This document shows, in pieces, positions 36,528-48,294 of a stretch of DNA of 64,000 nucleotides. How positions within the stretch are numbered: the stretch's first letter is position 1; the number at the start of each line of letters is the position of its first letter. The translations under genes and the position numbers were made by a program. Below the pieces are notes generated by a model. That model ran no database searches. It was given only the letters and a program-made list of their open reading frames with translations, and was not told the origin of the DNA. The DNA comes from Candidatus Aminicenantes bacterium (GTDB lineage Bacteria; Acidobacteriota; Aminicenantia; Aminicenantales; Saccharicenantaceae). Where the stretch lies: the NCBI GenBank assembly GCA_963805045.1, contig CAWDTC010000014.1:76359-140358 (forward strand), in the 5' to 3' direction.

Positions 36528-39500
36528 CTATTTCTTGTGATAGTTCGGGTACGGCGGATGGTCCGGGATGACGACGGGGTTCTTCTTGAGCGCCTCCATC
36601 GTCACTTCCACGGCTTTCTCGAGCTGGCGGTCGTGCCCGGCCGCGACCGAGGCCGGGTCGTTCTCGACCTCGATGTCGGGCGGGATGCCGCGGTTCTCGA
36701 CCTCCCACTCGCCCTTCAGGCCGTAGATGGCCCCGCGCGGCGCCGTGACCGAGCCGCCGTCCATGAGCGGCGGATAGTTCCAGATGCCGACCAGGCCGCC
36801 CCAGGTGCGCGTGCCGACGAGCGGCCCGACCTTGTCCTGGCGGAACATCCAGGGCAGGGCGTCGCCGCCCGACCCGGACATCTCATTGATGATCATCGTC
36901 TTGGGCCCGTAGATCTGGGCCGAGGGCGAGGCGAACTTCTCTCCCTCGCGAGCGACGGCGGCGTTCCGCAGCGGGCGCTTCAGCATGTCGATGATGTAGT
37001 CGGCGATCGCGCCGCCGTGGTTGTAGCGCTCGTCGATGACGGCGCCCTGCTTGTCCGTCTGGGCGAAGTAGTAGCGGTTGAAGTTCACCCAGCCGCCGAC
37101 GGCGGTGTCCGGGACGTGGACGTAAGCAAGCTTCCCGCCGCTGAGCTCGTCGACCTTGCGGCGGTTGTCCTCTTCCCAGGCCCGGTTGCGCAGGGCGAAT
37201 TCGCTCCCGACGGGCACGACGACGAGGTCGCGCGCCCCCTTGCCGTCCGCGGACGGCCCGACCTTGATCTTGACCTGCTTGCCCGGCCGTGTTCTCGAAG
37301 TAGCTCGAGAGGTCGGCCGGCGGCCGGACGTCGCGGCCTTCGACCTCGAGCAGGTACTCGCCCGCCTTCACGTCGACGCCCGGCTGGGTCAGGGGCGCCC
37401 GCAGCTCGGGGTTCCAGTTCTCGCCGTTATAGACCCTGGCGAAACGGTACCGGCCGTTCTCGACCTTGTAGTCCGCGCCGAGCAAGCCGCCGCTGACCTG
37501 GCTCGGCTCCGGGATGTCGCCGCCGCCGATGAACATGTGCCCGACGCGTGATCTCCCCGAGCATCTCCTCGAAGAGGTAGTTCAGGTCGCCGCGGCCGCC
37601 GAGGCCCCGGAGATAGGGCGCGTACTTCGCTTCGGCCGCGCGGAGGTCGAGGCCGTGATGGTTCGGGTCATAGAGGAAGTCGCGCTCGATCCGCCAGACC
37701 TCGTGGTAGATCTGGTTCCACTCGGCGCGCGGGATCGACATAGACCTCGAGCTGGCCCAGTTGAGCGCGCCCTCGCCCGGCTTCGCCGGCCCGGCCGTGG
37801 CCGCGATGGCCCAGGACCGGCCCTGGCGGTAAAGGGCCTTCTCGCCGTTCGCGGAGACGGCGAAGGCGCCCGACGCCGCCCACGAAGGGCTCCGTCTTGC
37901 GCGAGGCCAGGTCGAACTTCGACACAGAGACGAAGGTCGGCGCGTCGAAGCGCGGCACGTCCGGGATCTCGGCGAGGAAGAGGACGCCCGGCTTGCCGCG
38001 CTCGAGGCCGACGTAATTGGCTGCCCTGATGGGCAGGGCGACGATCCGCTGGCCGATGCCGTCGAGATCGATGACGACCTTTTCCTCGGCCTTGGCGGCT
38101 TCGTCCTTGGGCTTCTCCGGCGCGCCCTTGGGCTGGCCGGCGGCCGCGGGCTTGTCCAGCGGCTTCTCGTCCTTTTTCGCCTCGGTCTTTTCCTCGTCGC
38201 TCTCCGGCGGCACGGGGGAGGCATCTCCCTTCTTCAGGACGGCCGCGTAGACGCTCCGCAGCACGGGGTGCTGGAAGCTCGAGAGGTCGAGCCAGCCGGA
38301 GGACAGCCCGAAGTCCGTGCTGGCGGCGAAGAAGAGGTACTTCCCGCCCTTGTCGAAGACGGGATAGCGTGCGTCGCTGATGCTGTCCGTGATCTGCGAC
38401 TCCTTGGCGCTCTCGAGCGCGTAGACGAAGACGGCATGGAAGTGGTTCCCGAGCTCCTTCGTATAGGTCAACCACCGGCTGTCATGGGACCAGCCGGGGT
38501 TCATGGCCGACGATGGGTCGTCGAAGCGGTCGCTGGCGACCTTGACCGGAGTCCCCTTCTCGACGTCCACGTACCAGAGGTTGAGCCGCTTGTCGGTGTA
38601 GGCGATCTTCTTGCTGTCCGGCGACCAGAGGGGGGCGTAGAAAAAGGACGGCGGCTCGCCCAGATTGATCTTCTTCACCGGGCCGATCCCGGACTGGTCG
38701 GCGATGTGGAGGGCGTATTCCCCGGACTCGTCCGAGAAGAAGGCGATGGACTTGCCGTCGGGCGACCAGGCCGGGTCGCGCTCGCACACGGTCGTCGTCC
38801 GCGTCAGGTCGCGGACATCCCCTTTCTCGGCCGGGACGGTCAGGATCTCGCCGCGCGCCTCGAACACGGCCCGCGCGCCCGTCGGCGAGATGCCGGCGTT
38901 CTGGATCATGCCCGCGGCCTTCTCGAAATGGGCCCGCGTCGCCGGCAGGTCGCCGGCGATCTCGATCCGCACTTGCCTGGATCTCCCGGCGGCCGGGTCG
39001 AAGACGTAGATCCCGCCGAACTGCTCGTAGACGAGCGCGTCGGGCCCGGCGGAGACCCATTTGAGGTCCAGTCCCGTGTTCTCGAGGACCTGTTTGACGG
39101 CCTTGGTCTTCGTGTCGTAGGCAAAGAGCGTGACGGGGCCCTTGCGGTCCGACAGGAAGTAGATTGTGTCGCCGAACCAAGCCGGGCTCGAGTCGTTCGA
39201 ATTCTCGCGCGGCAGCTTCTCGAGCGCGAGGTCGCTCAGCCGGATGACATAGACGGGTGTCGTCTGCCCGCCGCGGTAGCGCTTCCAGGCCGTCTGCCAT
39301 TTCATGTTCGGGACGTAGGCCAGGCGCGTCCCGTCCGGCGAGAACGAGGCGTCCTCGCCGCGCCACATTGGCAGCGGCTCAGCGACGCCGCCCTCGAGCG
39401 GCACGGTGTAGAGGCGGTCGAAGTCCGCGTAGGAGTCGCGCGAGGACCGGAAGAGGACTTTCTTGCCGTCCGGCGTCCAGCCGGCAGCGACGTCGGGCGA

Positions 39501-39823
39501 GGGATGCCAGGTCAGGCGCTTCGGCGTGCCGCCCTCGGCGGGCATGACGAAGACGTCAAGGTTGCCGTCGTACATGCCCGAGAACGCGACCCACTTCCCG
39601 TCCGGAGAGAAGAAGGGCATCCCTTCGTGTCCGCCGGTCGTGAGCTGCCGCGCCGCGCCCCCCGTCGCGCGGGACGCTCCAGAGATAGCCCGCCGTATTC
39701 GAAAACGACGGCGGTCCGGCTGAGCGTCGGCGTCTTGGCTAGGACGGGGGCCTCCCCCGCCGCCAGCAACGCACCCGCCGCCAGAAGGACCATCGCCAGA
39801 AGGACCGCTATTTGTCGCCGCAT
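36528..39823 (-). pseudogene. Tricorn protease homologue (TolB-like beta-propellers + PDZ + S41 peptidase domain), at least five frame changes
   Basis: GAGGGAGG SD precedes ATG 39823 (signal MRRQIAVLLAMVLLAAGALLAAG). ORF 37668..39620 carries FSPDGKWVAFSG...WSPDGKSIAF...WSPDSKKIAY propeller repeats. ORF 36528..37217 carries the S41-type C-terminus (IINEMSGSGGDALPWMF...GTRTWGGLVG). The intermediate parts lie in ORFs 37427..38224 and 36883..37536. Confidence 0.85.
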
Positions 39824-39982
39824 GTGACCTCCCTCGAACGCTTAGACGAGATGAATCCCAAGGCCGGATTCGTGAGGGAAGGATAGCCCGGGCGGCGGAC
39901 CGGTGTCAAGGACGACCTCCGCGGCTCTCGGACCAGCCGCCCCAAGTTTCGCCCGGACCGGCGCGATCCCGCGCCCTGCCAA

Positions 39983-40645
39983 TCAATCGCCGCGTCGCCC
40001 GAACAGGAGGACCCCCATGGCGAATCCCCAAACGGCAAAACTGCCTGTTTGCACGAGGGCAAGCACGGGGGTCTGATAGACGGCCAGCGTCAGCATCCCC
40101 GAGGCGCCGCCGAACATGCCCACGACCGCCAGCCAATTCGGCAACGCGCCGCTCTTCCAGGCCAACCACCCGAACAAGAACTGCCCGAATCCCCAGGCCA
40201 TGAGCCCGGGGTCGGTGAGATAGTAGCCGAGGCTCGCCCAGATCGAAGCCTGATAGAGGGCCTCCCCGCTTCCCGCGGGCTGGCCCGCGGCCGCAATGGA
40301 CAGCAAGGCTCCGACGTGGGTGAAGATGCCGAAAGCGAGAAGAAGGATGCCGGCCGCCGAGAGGATGACGGCCGTTTGCGCCAAGAGTCGCCCCTTGCGG
40401 CCAAGGACCGCCCCTTGCGCCACGACGAAGGGGATGGAAAAGACCGCCCACACCAGGATCGCGACGGCCATCCCGACGTATGACGCCCGTCTGCCCAGGA
40501 CGAGCGACAATTCCCCTGCCGGTCCGCCTTGCGCCATCCGGAGGCTGCCCAGGAGGAGGAGCAGCGACAAGACCCCCGAGACGAACGAAAAGACCCCGAA
40601 CGTTGAGCTCCGCTCGACGGTCGCGAGACTTGGCTCATGGCTCAT
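39983..40645 (-). CDS. Hypothetical polytopic membrane protein (DUF4386-like?)
   Basis: Intact 220-aa ORF with about 6 hydrophobic helices. The family guess is weak. Confidence 0.45.
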   Translation of the reverse strand: MSHEPSLATVERSSTFGVFSFVSGVLSLLLLLGSLRMAQGGPAGELSLVLGRRASYVGMAVAILVWAVFSIPFVVAQGAVLGRKGRLLAQTAVILSAAGILLLAFGIFTHVGALLSIAAAGQPAGSGEALYQASIWASLGYYLTDPGLMAWGFGQFLFGWLAWKSGALPNWLAVVGMFGGASGMLTLAVYQTPVLALVQTGSFAVWGFAMGVLLFGRRGD

Positions 40646-40696
40646 GGTTCACCTCCCGGAAAAGATTCGCGTCGCAGCGCCGCCCCCGACAGTTGC

Positions 40697-42056
40697 CTAT
40701 TGCTCCAGGGGGCCCTGGCCCTCGGCGAACTCTCCGGACTCGATCAGGTGCTCGATCTTGAAGGTCCCGAGCTTGCGCCCCTTGAGAAAGCCGTCCCAGG
40801 CCGCCTCGGCCAGCCGCCCGCTCTCCCGGAGGTCGAAGAGCCATTCCCCGCAGGCTTCGACCGGCCCGGCCGGGCTGAGCCCGGCATGGATCTCCCGCAG
40901 CCAGCGCTTGTTGAGCTCCTCGTGGGCGCCGATCGGGTCGGCCATCAGGATGGGCAGCCCCAGGCCGCAGTAGAAGACGAGCTCGCTCGGCTTCGTCCAC
41001 AGGACGTCCGTCCGGCGGAGCTCGGCGTTGAACCGTTCGAGGTAGCGAAAGACATCCTGCTCGTAGATGACCTGAAGGCCGCGGCCGACTGGCCTCGCGA
41101 AGGCCGGCCTCGTTGAGATATCTCAGGACGCGCTCGAAGACCTTCCTCTGGATGCCGCACGAGAGCGTCAGGCGGACCTCGCCCGCCCGGATGCGGGGCC
41201 GAGGCTCCGCAGGATCTTCCGGACCATCTCGACCTGGGCGCCGGCCCCGCCGATGGCGAACATGACGTTGAACGGCCCGCCGCGGGCCTCCGGGACGGAC
41301 CTCGCGGCCGAGCCAGCCGAGGACGGACTTCTTGTGATAGGAGAAGAACTTCCCGGCCGGGTCGAGCCGGAGCAAGCCGTTGCCAGAGGTCGGCCTTCAG
41401 CGTCTCGAGCCCCGTTTCCGAGCCGATGTTCTCCTTGGGCAGAGGGAAGCCCGTCATGAGGATGGCTTCTTCGGGGACGCCGTAGGCCAGGAGCCGCCGG
41501 CGGACCTGGGTGCACGGGCGCGAGATAGCGGATCCGGCTCTTCCTCGGGGTCTTCGGGCACCCAGACCCGGTTGAAGTCCGCGTCGCAGATGAGGAGGTA
41601 TTGGTCCGCGCGGCGGGCCGGTCCCCGGCGGCCCGAGCGCCTCCAGGGCGATGGCCGTGGCATAGAACGTATGGATGACCGGATAGGGCGGGCCGCGGCC
41701 AGCTTATCCCGGAGGCCCCGGCAGAGCCCCCGCTTCTCGACCAGGCGCTTGAGGTACTTCACGGCGAGGTTGGGCTTGGACTGGTCCTTCTCGGATAATA
41801 CGGCGGGATGCGCTGGACGGCCAGCATCAGGCGGACCAGGAACTTGCCGACGAGGGGGAACGGCGCCCGCCTTCGACGAGGCGTAATAGAGGCGGCGGAG
41901 GCGCCGCCAGATCCTGTATTCGGCCGGCGGGGTCGTCCGCCGCGAGCCGTAGATGATGACGCCCTCGTGGGTCAGGTCGCGGAGGGGATGGGCCGCCCGG
42001 AGATGGCCCAGGCCCATCAGGACGGTGACGACCCAGGCCTTGTCATGCGCCTTCAT
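40697..42056 (-). pseudogene. Hypothetical protein, possibly glycosyltransferase-like; heavily frame-shifted
   Basis: The N-terminus MKAHDKAWVVTVLMGLGHLRAAHPLRDL... (ORF 41454..42056) and the C-terminus ...LPILMADPIGAHEELNKRWLREIHAG... (ORF 40697..40945) look protein-like. Internal segments (FNVMFAIGGAGAQVEMVRKILRSLG, VRLTLSCGIQRKVFERVLRYLNEAGL) sit in other frames. Confidence 0.4.
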
Positions 42057-42064
42057 AGACGAGA

Positions 42065-43226
42065 TTATCCATGTTGGCGGGGACTTGGATCAAGCGTGTT
42101 CTTGCCGATGGCGATCCGGCCGCCGCGCCATTCGACCTAGCGGCTGAAGAAGGGGGAGAAATAGACGGCCGAAGAAGAATGAGGTCTTTGGCGATGACGG
42201 CGGCGGGGAACAGGAGATGGTTCCTGAGCCGGCGGCGGTCCTCGGCGTTGACGAAGAGGAAGTTCACGTATTCGAGGCCGATCTTGGCCGCGGCCGTGAC
42301 GGCCAGGACGATCCAGCCCCGGCGCCCGAAGGCGGCCAGGCGGCCAGGGCGAGGACGAACGGGTTGAGCAGGATCTCGAGAAGATAGACGGGCCGGCGGA
42401 GGCGGAAGCGGAGCTTGGCCCAGCGCGACATCCGCTTGTAGAAACTCCGCGGCGAGGCCGTCCGGCTGACGTTGGTGACCCAGGTGAAGTTGGTCGGCGA
42501 CCCGGAAGCCGCTCCTGACGAACGCGTCGCCGAGGAGGAAGTCCTCGGCCAGGTGATCCTTGAAGTAGCCGAAGCCCCCGAAGGTCTCGAGGGCGGCGCG
42601 CTCGATGAGGATGGATTTCCCGACGAGGATGGGCTGCCGCCCCAGGAGCCAGGCCGCGATGATGCTGCCCGAGGTGAAGAAATTGAGGCTCGCGTTCTCC
42701 ATGAGGCTGCCGAAGCTGCGGCTCGACGAGCCCCGGATCGGCGAGAACACGGCCTTGGCGTCGTGGTCGAGGTATTCGTCGACCAGACGGCGGAGGGCGT
42801 CCGGGAGCGACACGGACGTTGGAGTCCGTCGTCCAGAAGAGCTTGCCGCGGCTCCGGGCTTCGAGGCGGGCCAGCTTGTGGACCTTGGGGTTTTCGGCCC
42901 GCGGGTGGCCCGTGGCGATGATGGTCGTGGCGGATCCCCGGATGCGCGGCCTTGAGGTCCGCGAGGAGCCCGACGCAGGGGTCCGAGAGGTCGTCGACGG
43001 CGAAGAGGACCTCATAGGCGGGGTAATCGAGCCGATAAAAGGACTCGAGGTTCTCGGCCATGCCGTCGTCGATGTTCTTGACCGGCTTGAGAAGGCTGAC
43101 GAAAGGGTACTCGCGGAGGCGGCTCCCGGCGCTTTTCGGGCCGCGCCGGAAGGCGATGGGGAGGGCCGCGAACATGACCGCCGCGAGGCCGGAGAGCGAC
43201 AGGACGGCGATCAGCAATGTTTTCAT
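42065..43226 (-). pseudogene. GT2-family glycosyltransferase of the ceramide glucosyltransferase/HpnI-like (GT21) type; several frame changes plus an in-frame TAG
   Basis: AAGGAAGGG SD precedes ATG 43226. MKTLLIAVLSLSGLAAVMF...YPFVSLLKPVKNIDDGMAENLESFYRLDYPAYEVLFAVDD, NPKVHKLARL, WTTDSNV and RWAKLRFR lie in alternating frames. The final segment reads ...YFSPFFSR-TAG(42137-42139)-VEWRGGRIAIGKNTLDPSPRQHG-TAA(42065). Confidence 0.7.
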
Positions 43227-43459
43227 CCCTTCCTTTATAGAGGAGGACGGTGAACTTTTAATGAAGGAACGGTCAATTTTCCGTTCAGGCGTCCCGGGAG
43301 GAGCCGCCGTCCCGCCTGGACCTTGGGTTCGAGGCGCGGGGGGCGCGTCTTCATCGAGAATTGACGTCCCCTTCATCGTCCCTTAACGGGGCCGTGCGAT
43401 CCTGTAACGTGGACCAAAAGAGTATCTCTCCATCGTCAGCCGAACGGCGCGGGTCCTGG

Positions 43460-44438
43460 ATGGTGAATTCCGGGGAGGCGCGCATCCTGATGGACAGGGG
43501 CTGGCGGGCCGCCGACCTCCATGTCCACACGCTCTATTCGCACGACGTCATCCCCACCGCCTCCGTCGACCCGCTGGCCCTCTATCTCAAGGCCCGCCGG
43601 GACGGCATGGCCTTCGTCGCCTTCACGGACCACGACACCATGGCCGCGTACGACAACATCGGCTGGACGCGCGAGGGGCTCGTGCCGGCGGTCGAGGTCA
43701 AGATCCTCGACCCGAAGAACGTCGGCCACACGGTCCATATCAATGTCTACACCCTGGACCGCGCGCAGTTCGACGAGATCGAGAGGATCGCCGGGGCGGC
43801 CCGGGACATCGTCCTGCTCGCCGCCTATCTCCGGGACGAGCGGCTGCCCTTTGTCTTCAATCATCCGTTCTGGCACGAGCCGGGGGAGAAGCCCAATCTC
43901 CGCGCCGTCGTCGAGATCGCGGAGCTCTTCCCGGTCCTCGAATACAACATGGGCCGCGTCGGCCGCATCAATGCCCAGGCGCTTCGGCTGGCCGACGCCC
44001 TCGGCAAGGGTCTCGTGGCCGCGACCGATACCCACGTCGGCGAGATCGGCCGGGCCTTCACACTGGCCCGGGGCGGCACGTTCCGCGAGTTCTTCGACGA
44101 TATTGCGGCCCGCCGGTCCCGCATCTGCCCGGCCGACCTGACCCTCCCCCGCCTCAAGGAGGAGACCTCCGTGCGCGTCCGGAGCCTGTTCGATAAGGCG
44201 GGCTGGCTGCACGCCAAGGAATCGCTCTCCATCGACACGGGAAGCGCCATCCTGGACGCGGATCGTCAGGCGGGTGGCGCGGGAGAGGGCCGACGATCCG
44301 GGACTGTCGCTCCGGCTCCTGCGGAGGGCCATCGAGGCCTTCTCGGGCTCGGGCATCCCCGGGTCCCTCTATCTCCGCTCCCAGAACAGCCTGGCCGACC
44401 GGGTCAGCCGATTCCTCGAAAGCGCGGAAACCGTCTGA
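43460..44438 (+). pseudogene. PHP-domain metal-dependent phosphoesterase; one frame change near 44255
   Basis: From the internal Met of ORF 43361..44479: ADLHVHTLYSHD...AFTDHDT...ATDTHVG (PHP His/Asp motifs). The tail ...RVARERADDPGLSLRLLRRAIEAFSGSGIPGSLYLRSQNSLADRVSRFLESAETV ends at TGA 44436-44438 in another frame. Confidence 0.7.
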
Positions 44439-44525
44439 CGACCGTCCGGGCCGTCCGGGAGGCCTGTCCGCTCATCTGATATCCCGAAGATCGACGGAAT
44501 GTCGGCGACGGCCGGGCGATGCGCG

Positions 44526-45026
44526 TCAGAGGTCCTGGTCCTTCCAGGCCCCGTCGTAGGTCGCCGTGCCCAGGCATTCCTGGAGGACGACGTGGCAGAT
44601 CCTCATCCCCGGCGTCAACCGGATCTTGTTGCGCCCGGCGTTGTAGATCTCCAGGATCTGCCGGTTCGAAATGCCCGGCGCCAGGAAGGGGGCCGCGATG
44701 TGGCTCATGAGCCCGATGCGGGCGAACCTCGAGCGCGAGTTCAGCCAGCCGCAGACGTTCCCGGGGAGAGTGAGCCTCTCCCTGGTGATGCCGAGGACGA
44801 GCTCGCCCGGCGCCAGCAGATAGCCCTTACTGATGTCGATGAGCTTGGCCAGGGTCTTGTAATCGACGTCGGGCCGGGTGATGTGCTCGTCGGTGTCGAA
44901 GATCCGCAACTTGTCGTCCAGCGTCAGGTCGACCGAGGCGGGCCCGACCGCGTCCTCGTCGTAGGGCTCGATCCTGATCCTGCCGTCGTGGATCCGCCGG
45001 AGAATTTCGGGTTTGGTCAGGACCAT
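44526..45026 (-). CDS. dcd: dCTP deaminase family protein
   Basis: Intact 166-aa ORF. MVLTKPEILRRI...GPASVDLTL...GWLNSRSRFARIGL...APGISNRQILEI is the dCTP deaminase/dUTPase-fold pattern. Confidence 0.8.
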   Translation of the reverse strand: MVLTKPEILRRIHDGRIRIEPYDEDAVGPASVDLTLDDKLRIFDTDEHITRPDVDYKTLAKLIDISKGYLLAPGELVLGITRERLTLPGNVCGWLNSRSRFARIGLMSHIAAPFLAPGISNRQILEIYNAGRNKIRLTPGMRICHVVLQECLGTATYDGAWKDQDL

Positions 45027-45150
45027 GGGGGCATCATAAGCGAAACGGGAAGGGTTTTCAACGACCCTTTCAATTTCGCTCCGACTCGCATAAAATCATC
45101 GGGACACCGGCGGCGCGCGTCGAGACGGGCCGCCGCGAAAGGAGCGAACG

Positions 45151-46755
45151 ATGAGAAAGAGCACGACCCTTCGGGTCATCTTGGTCATCGCCCTGGTCGC
45201 GGTCGGGGCGGCCGGCCTCGGCCTGGCCCAGCAGGCCGCGCCGCCGGCGAAGGGGCAGCAGGAAGCCAAGCCCTTCCCCGCGGCCGACCTCGCCCCGGCC
45301 CGCGAGGAATCCTCCGTCACCGACCACGTCCTCCGCGTCAAGGGTCAGGTCATCCCCTACCGGGCCACGGCCGGGACGACTCTCCTCCGCGACGACAAGG
45401 GCGAGCCGACCGGCCTGATGTACGCCGTGGCCTACACCCGGACAGACGTCAAGGACCTGAGCGCGAGGCCCATCGCCTTCTTCTACAACGGCGGGCCCGG
45501 CTCGGCCTCGATGTGGCTGCACATGGGCGCCTTCGGACCGCGCCGCGTGTTCACCGTGGACGGCGCCTTCACCCCGCCCGCGCCCTACGCCCTCGTCGAC
45601 AACGCCGAGAGCCTCATCGACAAGACCGACATGGTCTTCATCGACGCCATGGGCACGGGCTACAGCCACGCCGTGGGCAAGGCCCAGAACAAGGACTTCT
45701 ACGGCATCGACGAGGACGTCCAGGCCTTCGCCCAGTTCATCCGCACTTACCTCAGCCGGAACGACCGCTGGAACTCGCCCAAGTTCCTGATGGGCGAGAG
45801 CTACGGAACGTTCCGCTCGGCCGCGCTCGGGCAACTATCTCCAGTCCCGCGACGGCATCCACCTCAACGGCATCGTCCTCATCTCCTCCGTCCTCGACAT
45901 GGCCACCATCACCTTCGGCCAGGGCGACGACCGGCCATACATCTTCTACCTTCCGAGCTACGCCGCCGTGGCCTGGTATCACCAGGCGCTCAAGAACCGG
46001 CCGGCGGACCTCGAGAGTTTCCTGGCCGAGGTGCGCCGCTACGCCCAGGGCGACTACGCCGCGGCCCTGTTCAAGGGCGCTTCGCTCCCGGCCGCGGAGA
46101 AGCAGGCCGTCGCCGCCAAGCTGTCCGAACTCACCGGCCTCGCCGCGGACTATTGGCTGCGGGCCAACCTCCGGGTGACGCTGGGCCAGTTCAACGTCGA
46201 GCTCGAGCGCGGGCGCGGGCTGACCACGGGCCGCATCGACGCCCGTTTCACGGGCTTCACCCGCGACCTCCTGGCCGAGAACGCCCAGGGCGACCCCGAG
46301 GGCCCGGCCGTCGGCGGGGCTTACACGGCTCTCCTCAACACCTACAACCACCAGGAGCTCAAGTTCGGGCAGGACAAGACCTACAACACCTCGAGCGGCG
46401 GGGCGCGGGAGTGGAAATGGCAGCGCCAGCCCCAGACGGGCGGCTTTCCCGGCGCGCCCGCCACGAGAGCGGCGGTTTCTTCCCCGGCGCGCCCAACGTG
46501 GAGTCGGACCTGGCCCAGGCCATGATCACCAACCCGCGGCTCCTCGTCCAGGTCGAGAACGGGTACTACGACATGGCGACGCCCTTCTTCGCCACCGAGT
46601 TCACCATGGGCCACCTCGGCCTGCCCGCCGAGCTCCAGGCCAACATCAAGCTCGATTATTACGCCGCCGGGCACATGATGTACCTCCACGACGAAAGCCG
46701 GGTGAAGCTCCACGACAACATCGCCGCCTTCATCGACCGGGCGACGCAGAAATAG
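45151..46755 (+). pseudogene. Peptidase S10 (serine carboxypeptidase) family, secreted; internal out-of-frame stretch about 45835-46450
   Basis: The ORF is open end to end. The S10 motifs FFYNGGPGSAS and LMGESYG and the C-terminus YYAAGHMMY are in frame. The middle part of the homologous sequence (IHLNGIVLISSVLDMATITFG...WYHQALKN...) is in ORF 45899..46525. Confidence 0.8.
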
Positions 46756-46760
46756 CCGCC

Positions 46761-47327
46761 ATGTTCCGGGCTTCCGACCTCAAGAAGGGCGACGTCGTCA
46801 GGATCGACGGCGACCCGCACATCGTCGAGACGGTCAAGGTCCAGACGCCGTCCGCCCGCGGCGCGGTGACGCTCTACAAGGTCCGCTTCCGCAACCTGAA
46901 GACGAAGAGGATCGTCGACCAGTCCCTCCACGGCGACGACGTCCTGCCCGAGGCCGATTTCGAGCGGCGGCCCGTCCAGTACCTCTACGGCGACGCGGCG
47001 GCCGTCACCTTCATGGACCTCCAGGATTACAGCCAGTTCACGCTGACGAAGGAGGAGATCGAGGACGAATGGCCGTACCTCACCGAGGGCGTCGAGGGGC
47101 TCATCGCCATCTCGTCGGAGGGCCGCGTCCTGGGCCTCCAGGTCCCGACCTTCATCAACCTGACCATCGTCGAGACCAGGCCGTCCGTGAAGGGCGGCTC
47201 GGTCACGTCGCGGACGAAGCCGGCCACGCTCTCCACCGGGCTCGTCGTGCAGGTCCCCGAGTACATGGCCGCCGGGGAGGTCATCCGCGTCGACACCCGC
47301 ACCGGCGAATACGCCTCCAAGGCCTGA
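46761..47327 (+). CDS. efp: Elongation factor P family protein (EfpL/YeiP-like loop with Arg tip)
   Basis: Intact 188-aa ORF. The beta3-beta4 loop VQTPSARGAVTLYKVRF carries Arg rather than Lys. KPATLSTGLVVQVPEY and EVIRVDTRTGEYASKA are EF-P family hallmarks. Confidence 0.85.
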   Translation: MFRASDLKKGDVVRIDGDPHIVETVKVQTPSARGAVTLYKVRFRNLKTKRIVDQSLHGDDVLPEADFERRPVQYLYGDAAAVTFMDLQDYSQFTLTKEEIEDEWPYLTEGVEGLIAISSEGRVLGLQVPTFINLTIVETRPSVKGGSVTSRTKPATLSTGLVVQVPEYMAAGEVIRVDTRTGEYASKA

Positions 47328-47345
47328 GCGGAAGGTCGCGAGGGC

Positions 47346-48273
47346 ATGAAGAACCAGGGGTACACCTACGCCGACCGCGTCGGCGCGCCGGACGAAGGCG
47401 CATCCGTCGCCGCCTTCTATGCCCTTCACTATCCCCACTCGAGCGAGGGAACGTGGCGGGAGCGGATCGCGGCCGGCCAGGTCCTGCTCAACGGCCGGAC
47501 GGCGTCGCCGGACGAACCGCTGGCCCGCGGCGACCGCCTGAGCTACGATCGGCCGCCCTGGGAGGAGCCGGAGGCGCCGCGGGATTTCGGCACCCTGCTC
47601 GAGGACGGGGACGTCCTGGCCCTGGACAAGCCCTCGGGCCTGCCCGTGCTTCCGGGCGGCATGTTCCTGGAGAATACCCTCCTCTATCTCGTGCGGCGGC
47701 GCTACGGGACCGGCTGCTCGCCCGTCCACCGGCTCGGGCGCGGCACCTCCGGGGCCATCCTCTTCAGCCGCAACGCCGGAGCGGCGAGGTCGCTGGCCGC
47801 GGCCATGCGCGAGAGGCGGGTCCTCAAGGTCTACCTGGCCCTGGCCTCGGGGACGGCGATGCCGGACGCCTTCACGGTCGAGGCGCCCATCGGGCCTGTG
47901 CCGCACCGTCAGCCGGCCGCCGTCAACGCCTATCGCCCGGACGGCCGGCCATCGGAGAGCCGCGTCCGCGTCGTCCGCCGCTTCCCCGAGCGAAAGGCGA
48001 CGCTCCTCGAGGTGACCATCCCCACGGGACGCCCCCACCAGATCCGCATCCACCTGAGCTACGCGGGGTATCCGCTTGTCGGAGACCCCCTCTATCTTCC
48101 GGGCGGTATCCCCAGGCCGGAGGCGGAGGACAACGGGTGCCGCGACGCCCGGCGCCACGGGCTATCTCCTCCATTCCTGGCGGGTCCGCTTCCCCCATCC
48201 GGCGACCGGCGCGGAAGTGGAGGTCGTCGCCCCTCCCCCGCCCGCTCTCGACCCGGACGCGCGGCCGGCGTGA
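47346..48273 (+). pseudogene. RluA-family pseudouridine synthase; one frame change near 48130
   Basis: LALDKPSGLPV, HRLGRGTSGAILFSR and TGRPHQIRIHL motifs are in ORF 47346..48374. The expected C-terminus GYLLHSWRVRFPHPATGAEVEVVAPPP is in ORF 48076..48273. Confidence 0.8.
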
Positions 48274-48294
48274 GCCACGGCGGGCGGCCGGCCT

